From Gemmatimonadota bacterium (GTDB lineage Bacteria; Gemmatimonadota; Gemmatimonadetes; Gemmatimonadales; Gemmatimonadaceae): a DNA stretch of 35,750 nucleotides. Position 1 is the first letter of the stretch; each line of letters opens with the position of its first letter. Position numbers and translations under genes: made by a program. Under the pieces are notes generated by a model that was given only the letters and a program-made list of their open reading frames with translations, did not search any database and was not told the origin of the DNA. Shown in pieces: positions 30,340-35,750 of the stretch. The stretch is from positions 1-35,750 of the forward strand of contig JAEUJL010000525.1 in NCBI GenBank assembly GCA_016794835.1. Direction: 5' to 3'.

Positions 30340-33300
30340 ATGATTGAACGCATTCTTGTGTGGGCGCTGGGCAATCGCGTCCTCGTCCTGGTCTTCAGTA
30401 TCCTCCTGTCCGGTGCTGGCATCGTCGCATTGCGCAACCTGCCGATCGACGCCGTGCCCGACGTGACAAACGTTCAAGTACAAGTGCTGACCACCGCCCC
30501 AGCGCTCGGGCCGGAGGAAGTCGAGCGCTTCATCACCACGCCGGTGGAGATCGCAATGAGCGGCCTCCCCGGGCTGGACGAAGTTCGTTCGGTGTCCAAG
30601 TTCGGACTCTCCGCCGTGACCGTCGTGTTCGCCGAAGGCACCGACATCTACCATGCGCGCCAACTCGTCAACGAGCGCGTGCAGACGGCCCGCGAAGCGA
30701 TCCCGGAGGGGTACGGTGACCCCGAAATGGGGCCTATCTCCACCGGACTGGGGGAGATCTTCCAGTTCGAGGTTCGCGGGGAGGGCAAGAGCGCCATGGA
30801 TCTCCGATCCATCCTGGAGTGGGAGATCGCGCCGCGCCTTCGTCGCGTACCAGGTGTCGTCGAGGTCAACAGCTTTGGCGGCGAGCTCAAGACCTACGAG
30901 GTGCAGGTGGTCCCTGAACGCCTCACCCAATACGGCATCGCGCTGGGAGACCTGTTCGAGGCCGTGCGGTCAAGCAATGCCAACGCGGGGGGCGCGTACA
31001 TCGAGCGCAGTGGGGAGCAGTACCTCGTTCGGGGCGAGGGGCTGCTCACCTCGCTTGAAGACATTGGCAACGTCGTGGTATCGACCGACCGCGATGGCAC
31101 ACCCATTTACGTGCGACAGCTGGCGGACGTGCAGTACGCACCCCAGGTGCGTCAAGGTGCCGTGACGCGCGATGGACGCGGCGAGGTCGTCACCGGTATC
31201 ACGATGATGTTGCTGGGGGCCAACGCGCGGGCCGTCGTCACCGACGTCAAGGCAGCCGTGGACGCGATGACGCCAGACCTGACGAGGCTCGGCGTTTCCA
31301 TCGAGCCGTTCTACGATCGCACGGAACTGGTCGACAAGACCGTGGCCACCGTCACGCGCAGCCTGATCGAGGGTGGAATCCTGGTCATCGTCATTCTCTT
31401 CCTGATGCTGCGCAACCTGCGCGCGGGACTCGTCGTGGCCGCTGCCATCCCCCTTTCCATGCTCGGTGCGTTCATCGGTATGCGCGAGCTGGGGGTATCA
31501 GGCAATCTCATGTCGCTCGGCGCCATCGACTTCGGCCTGATCGTCGATGGGGCGGTCATCGTGGTGGAGAACGCCATGCGCCTCATCGCCGTACGTGGGC
31601 ATGCGCTCGGGCGTGCCCTCACGCGAGACGAACGGACCGACGCTGTCCTGACAGGGAGCCGCGAGGTGCTGCGGTCCACAGCGTTCGGCGTCAGCATCAT
31701 CGCGATCGTGTACCTGCCGATCCTGACCCTGACGGACATCGAGGGCAAGATGTTCCGCCCCATGGCGACTACCGTGCTCCTTGCCCTCGCGACCTCGCTG
31801 GTCCTGGCGCTCACGCTCGTTCCGGTGCTCGCCGCCCTCTTTCTCCCGTCGCATGTGTCAGAGGAGGAGAGCAGCATTGTCCGGCGCGCGCGGTCCTGGT
31901 ACGAGCCGTGGCTGGATCGTGCGTTGTCACGCCCACGGACCGCCTTGGGGGCTGCCGCCGCACTCTTCGCCGGCAGCCTCGCCCTCACCCCGTTCCTTGG
32001 CGCGGAATTCATTCCACGCCTCGACGAGGGTACCCTTGCCTTGCAGGCATGGAGGCTCCCCAGCGTATCGTTGGAGGAGTCCCTGCGCCAAACCACCCGC
32101 ATTGAGGCCGTCCTGCGCCGCTTTCCCGAGGTGACCACGGTGGTCTCCAAGACTGGGCGTCCGGAGATCGCCACAGATCCCATGGGCGTCGACATGTCGG
32201 ACATCCTTGTGATGTTGAAGCCGGAGTCGGAGTGGACGACAGCCGACACCCGTGAGGGGCTGATAGCGGCGATTGACTCGGCGCTCAGTACGTCGATCAG
32301 CGGGACCATCCTTTCTTATTCACAGCCCATCGAGCTGCGCGTGAGCGAGCTCATATCAGGGGTCCGGTCGGACGTGGCGCTCAAGGTGTACGGCGACGAC
32401 CTCATCGAACTCAAGTCGATCGCCGACGCCGCCGTTGCCGCCCTCTCGCAGATCCCGGGAGCCGCCGACGTAAAAGCTGAACAAACCGCGGGACTTCCCC
32501 TCCTTCGTGTCATCCTCGACCGCTCGGCGATGGCACGGTATGGAGTCCGCGGGGACGACGCGCTCGATGTCGTGAGCACGATCGGTGGCCGGGCGGCTGG
32601 GGTCATCCTCGAGGGAGCGCGGCGCTTTGACGTGCAAGTGCGGTTTGCCGAAGCATCTCGCAAGGACCCGGCCTTGATCGGGAACCTTCGGGTCCGGACG
32701 ACCTTCGGCGGTTCCGTACCGTTGTCGCAAATTGCGACCGTCCGCCTGGATGACGGTCCGGCGCAGATCAGCCATGAAAACGCCCGGCGCCGCATCACCG
32801 TCGAAATGAACGTTCGCGGTCGCGACATCGCCTCGTTTGTCGCTGACGCGCAGCGTCAACTCATATCGGCGAACGTCGTACCGGCCGGCTATTTCGTGGA
32901 ATGGGGGGGGCAGTTCGAGAACCTCAAGGCCGCATCGCGCACCCTTGCCCTCGTGGTGCCCGTTGCCCTCGCACTGATCTTCCTCCTGCTCTACATGAGC
33001 CAGGGATCCGTTGCCCTGGCCGGCATGATCTTCCTCAACGTCCCCTTTGCCATCAGCGGCGGGGTTCTCGCGCTCGCGCTGCGCGGCCTGCCCCTCTCGA
33101 TATCGGCCGGGGTGGGCTTCATCGCCTTGTTTGGCGTTGCGGTGCTCAACGGACTCGTGCTGATGGGTTACATCAGTCAGCGGCGCACCGAGGGAGCGAC
33201 GGCGCGAGATGCGGCACGTGACGGCGCGCACGTGCGCCTTCGTCCGGTCCTCACCACAGCGCTGGTTGCGGCCCTGGGGTTCGTGCCGATGGCCATCGCC

Positions 33301-33444
33301 TCCGGTTCTGGCGCAGAGGTCCAGCGCCCGCTCGCTACGGTGGTGATCGGCGGATTGATCACCTCAACACTCCTTACCCTCCTCGTCCTTCCCGCCGTCT
33401 ACGCGCTCGTCGAGAGCCGCCGCGACCGCCAGGTCCCATCATGA
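30340..33444 (+). CDS. czcA: CzcA-type heavy-metal efflux RND pump, divalent-cation type
   Basis: The N-terminus is collinear with CzcA as I recall it (LPIDAVPDVTNVQVQV, GTDIYHARQLVNERV). TM4 AIDFGLIVDGAVIVVEN carries the D/D/E proton-relay signature of divalent HME pumps. GGAG precedes the ATG. Confidence 0.95.
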   Translation: MIERILVWALGNRVLVLVFSILLSGAGIVALRNLPIDAVPDVTNVQVQVLTTAPALGPEEVERFITTPVEIAMSGLPGLDEVRSVSKFGLSAVTVVFAEGTDIYHARQLVNERVQTAREAIPEGYGDPEMGPISTGLGEIFQFEVRGEGKSAMDLRSILEWEIAPRLRRVPGVVEVNSFGGELKTYEVQVVPERLTQYGIALGDLFEAVRSSNANAGGAYIERSGEQYLVRGEGLLTSLEDIGNVVVSTDRDGTPIYVRQLADVQYAPQVRQGAVTRDGRGEVVTGITMMLLGANARAVVTDVKAAVDAMTPDLTRLGVSIEPFYDRTELVDKTVATVTRSLIEGGILVIVILFLMLRNLRAGLVVAAAIPLSMLGAFIGMRELGVSGNLMSLGAIDFGLIVDGAVIVVENAMRLIAVRGHALGRALTRDERTDAVLTGSREVLRSTAFGVSIIAIVYLPILTLTDIEGKMFRPMATTVLLALATSLVLALTLVPVLAALFLPSHVSEEESSIVRRARSWYEPWLDRALSRPRTALGAAAALFAGSLALTPFLGAEFIPRLDEGTLALQAWRLPSVSLEESLRQTTRIEAVLRRFPEVTTVVSKTGRPEIATDPMGVDMSDILVMLKPESEWTTADTREGLIAAIDSALSTSISGTILSYSQPIELRVSELISGVRSDVALKVYGDDLIELKSIADAAVAALSQIPGAADVKAEQTAGLPLLRVILDRSAMARYGVRGDDALDVVSTIGGRAAGVILEGARRFDVQVRFAEASRKDPALIGNLRVRTTFGGSVPLSQIATVRLDDGPAQISHENARRRITVEMNVRGRDIASFVADAQRQLISANVVPAGYFVEWGGQFENLKAASRTLALVVPVALALIFLLLYMSQGSVALAGMIFLNVPFAISGGVLALALRGLPLSISAGVGFIALFGVAVLNGLVLMGYISQRRTEGATARDAARDGAHVRLRPVLTTALVAALGFVPMAIASGSGAEVQRPLATVVIGGLITSTLLTLLVLPAVYALVESRRDRQVPS

Positions 33445-35435
33445 CCACTACTCGTCCCTCGCCGTGGCGCACGCCGTTCGCCGTGCGCACCTACCTCGCC
33501 GGTGCAGCGTGGCTCCTTGCCGTCCTATTGAGCCGGCTGCTGCAGGTCCCGGAGTCTGCCGGCTGGCTGCGCCTGCGGACTGACCCCGGGGGCCTGCTAT
33601 TCTACGCCGCGTGCGTCATCGGGGGCCGCAACTTCGTCGGTGCCGGACTGCGGGCGCTCCGTCGCCTGCGGCTCGACATGAACTTCCTCATGACCGCGGC
33701 GATGGTCGCTGCGGTGATCATTGGAGAACCCTTCGAGGCGGCAACGCTGGCATTCCTCTTTTCCGCTGCCGAGCTCCTTGAACGGTACGCGGTCGACCGC
33801 GGGCGACGCGCCCTTGCTGAGTTGGTCGCCATCGCGCCGGAGGATGCAGAGCTGGTCGAGGATGGGGGCACGACGAGCCGTGTATCGGTCGAGGCGCTCC
33901 TGGTCGGTCAGCGCGTCCGTGTCCGCCCGGGCGGAAAGGTCCCGGCAGACGGCACGGTGCTGGCTGGTGACTCGCTCGTGAACGAAGCGAGTATCACCGG
34001 CGAATCGCTCCCGCGTTCAAAGCGCGTTGGCGATCGTGTCTTCGCCGGCACCATGAATGGTGACGGCACCCTCGATGTCGACGTCACGGCCGATGCTCGT
34101 CACAGCACGTTTGCGCGCATCGTGGAGCTGGTGCGTGTCGCCGAGTCGCGACGCGCCCCGGCGGAACAGCTGGTAGAACGTTTTGCCGCGTGGTATACCC
34201 CCATTGTGGTCGTGCTGTCCCTCGCGGTCGCCTTGATCCCTTCGATATCCGCCGGCCAACCCGACGTGGAATGGATCACCCGCGCGATTACGCTGCTCGT
34301 CATTGCGTGTCCCTGCGCGTTGGTCATTGCGACCCCGGTCACGATGGTCAGTGCGCTCACGAGTGCGGCGCGCAACGGCGTCCTCGTCAAGGGCGCCGAA
34401 CATCTCGACACCCTCGCCTCCGTCCGCGCACTCGCCGTGGACAAGACAGGAACCCTGACGACCGGTCAACTCACGGTCGAGCAGTTCAACCTGCTCGGTA
34501 CCGGGGACGCGTCGCGTGTCCTCGCCCTGGCAGGAAACGCCGAGGAGCGGTCCGAGCATCCCGTTGCCCGGGCGATCGCCACCTACGCGCGCGCGTCTGG
34601 CATCTCAACGCTCCCCGTCACGGAATTCACCGCCGAGCGAGGCAAGGGGGTGCGGGCCGTGGTTGATGGGGTGGCGATCACGATCGGCACGGAAGAGATC
34701 GTCGGAGACGCGGTGGCACGCAGCGCCCCGGCGACGCCACCCGGTGCCATGCGGGCCTACATCACGACAGCGAGCGGTGACGTCGGGATGTTCACGCTTC
34801 GCGACGTGATACGCGTGGAAACGGCAGACGTGCTACGTGCCCTGCACGCCCGTGGGGTTTCCCCCATTGTCATGCTCACCGGAGATAGCGACGAAGCCGC
34901 CGCGGTCATCGGGGCGAGCGCAGGAGTCGATGAGATCCGATCGCGCCTGCTGCCCCATGAGAAAGTCGCGGCCGTGGAGGACCTGCGGACGGCGCATGGC
35001 AAGATTGCGATGTTGGGCGACGGGGTGAACGACGCTCCGGCCCTCGCCGCAGCCTCCGTGGGCTTGGTGATGGGGGCTGCGGGATCTCCCGCCGCGATCG
35101 AAACGGCCGACATCGCGCTGATGTCGGACAATCTCCTCGCACTCCCCTACACCTTCGACCTCGCCCGGCGCACGCGCGCGGTGGTGCGCTGGAACATCGC
35201 CATCGCGCTCGCGCTGAAGGTTGCCCTCGGCGTCGGCGCTGCGCTCGGGAGCGTGAATCTGGCGATGGCGGTGCTGCTCGGCGATGTCGGCGGCGCGCTG
35301 TTCGTGACCGCGAATGCCCTTCGGCTCGCAGGACTGCGACCTGGGTTGCCCTCCCGGAGGCAGCCCGCCTCGACCGCGTGGGAGCGCCCGCGACTCCGCC
35401 CCATCCGCGGGGCGGAGCCGGGCAGGGATGCTTAG
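33441..35435 (+). CDS. P1B-2-type (Zn/Cd/Pb-like) heavy-metal P-type ATPase lacking an N-terminal metal-binding domain
   Basis: ATGA overlap with the czcA stop. Motifs: TM6 IACPCALVIATPV, DKTGTLT, GDGVNDAPAL, a TM7 Lys (NIAIALALKV) and a TM8 Asp (LLGDVGGALFVTANALRL). There is no CxxC or His-rich N-terminus; the protein starts about 30 aa before the first TM. Confidence 0.9.
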   Translation: MTTTRPSPWRTPFAVRTYLAGAAWLLAVLLSRLLQVPESAGWLRLRTDPGGLLFYAACVIGGRNFVGAGLRALRRLRLDMNFLMTAAMVAAVIIGEPFEAATLAFLFSAAELLERYAVDRGRRALAELVAIAPEDAELVEDGGTTSRVSVEALLVGQRVRVRPGGKVPADGTVLAGDSLVNEASITGESLPRSKRVGDRVFAGTMNGDGTLDVDVTADARHSTFARIVELVRVAESRRAPAEQLVERFAAWYTPIVVVLSLAVALIPSISAGQPDVEWITRAITLLVIACPCALVIATPVTMVSALTSAARNGVLVKGAEHLDTLASVRALAVDKTGTLTTGQLTVEQFNLLGTGDASRVLALAGNAEERSEHPVARAIATYARASGISTLPVTEFTAERGKGVRAVVDGVAITIGTEEIVGDAVARSAPATPPGAMRAYITTASGDVGMFTLRDVIRVETADVLRALHARGVSPIVMLTGDSDEAAAVIGASAGVDEIRSRLLPHEKVAAVEDLRTAHGKIAMLGDGVNDAPALAAASVGLVMGAAGSPAAIETADIALMSDNLLALPYTFDLARRTRAVVRWNIAIALALKVALGVGAALGSVNLAMAVLLGDVGGALFVTANALRLAGLRPGLPSRRQPASTAWERPRLRPIRGAEPGRDA

Positions 35436-35470
35436 CGCACCTCGAACGTCAGCGACGCCCACTTCGACTC

Positions 35471-35750
35471 CTAGTCCACCGAGTCACGCGTCACTTTCGA
35501 CATGTTGATGAACTTGATGTACCAGTAGCCAGCCGTCGTCAGGGGGATCGAAGCGATCCCCTGGGCATCCGAACGCGTGCTCTTCTGTTCGATGCCACCG
35601 CCCGACGGCATCTCGCCACCATACAGGACATACTGGTTCGCGGCGGGCTTGCCATCGACGAGCGTCCGCACGCGCAAGGTGGCGCCCTTCGCAAGGGAAT
35701 AGGGATTCTCGAGCGGGATGATCTCCGCGGGATAGCCGAACGGGGTCGCG
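35471..35750 (-). CDS. DUF4198-domain protein, C-terminal part (5' end lies outside the window)
   Basis: The frame is open to the window edge. The translation reads ...AEIIPLENPYSLAKGATLRVRTLVDGKPAANQYVLYGG...SDAQGIASIPLTTAGYWYIKF, which matches the DUF4198 core pattern also seen in the gene at 19873-21183. Confidence 0.6.
   Translation of the reverse strand, partial: ATPFGYPAEIIPLENPYSLAKGATLRVRTLVDGKPAANQYVLYGGEMPSGGGIEQKSTRSDAQGIASIPLTTAGYWYIKFINMSKVTRDSVD

Noticed and set aside
1-35750. Looked for CRISPR arrays, tRNA/rRNA genes, IS elements or transposases, integrases, toxin-antitoxin pairs and phage-defence genes
   Set aside because: I noticed no direct-repeat arrays, cloverleaf-like segments, DDE or tyrosine-recombinase-like translations, or defence-type domains on either strand. 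Essentially every long, well-supported ORF is a metal, sulfur or redox gene.

Overview
GC-rich bacterial window of 35.75 kb from a diderm. The taxon cannot be fixed from sequence alone; the SusD-like fragment and gene content would fit a Gemmatimonadota- or Bacteroidota-like organism. Almost the whole window is a composite heavy-metal homeostasis island made of tightly packed operons, many joined by 4-nt ATGA/GTGA start-stop overlaps.

Gene order:
1. 3' end of a SusD/RagB-like gene with a strong hairpin terminator.
2. A dihaem DUF1111 / Rieske / outer-membrane beta-barrel operon.
3. A Met-rich Ig-like lipoprotein and a SAM methyltransferase.
4. A Cus-type Cu(I)/Ag(I) operon: small ORF, OMF, MFP, CusA, CopG (DUF411).
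5. A minus-strand sulfide/persulfide module: ArsR-rhodanese, MFS, DsrE, SQR-family oxidoreductase.
6. A minus-strand copper operon: CopC-CopD fusion, CPH-type CopB ATPase, DUF4198-NTF2 fusion, OMF, multicopper oxidase.
7. An alpha/beta hydrolase.
8. A BlaI / M56 (BlaR1-like) repressor-protease pair, divergent from a Czc-type operon: small Cys/His ORF, OMF, MFP, CzcA, CPC-type P1B ATPase.
9. A truncated second DUF4198 gene.

I saw no rRNA, tRNA, CRISPR array, transposase or integrase. I also saw no two-component, MerR/CueR or ECF regulator.

The most interesting lead is the BlaR1/BlaI-like pair. The protease carries a Cys/His-rich tail where BlaR1 has its beta-lactam sensor domain. A TTTGA-N7-TCAAA dyad lies in the promoter region of the pair, and the same dyad recurs upstream of the distant cus-type operon. 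This suggests a proteolytic metal-sensing switch controlling both RND systems. All family calls come from motifs read in the translations; no database search was run.
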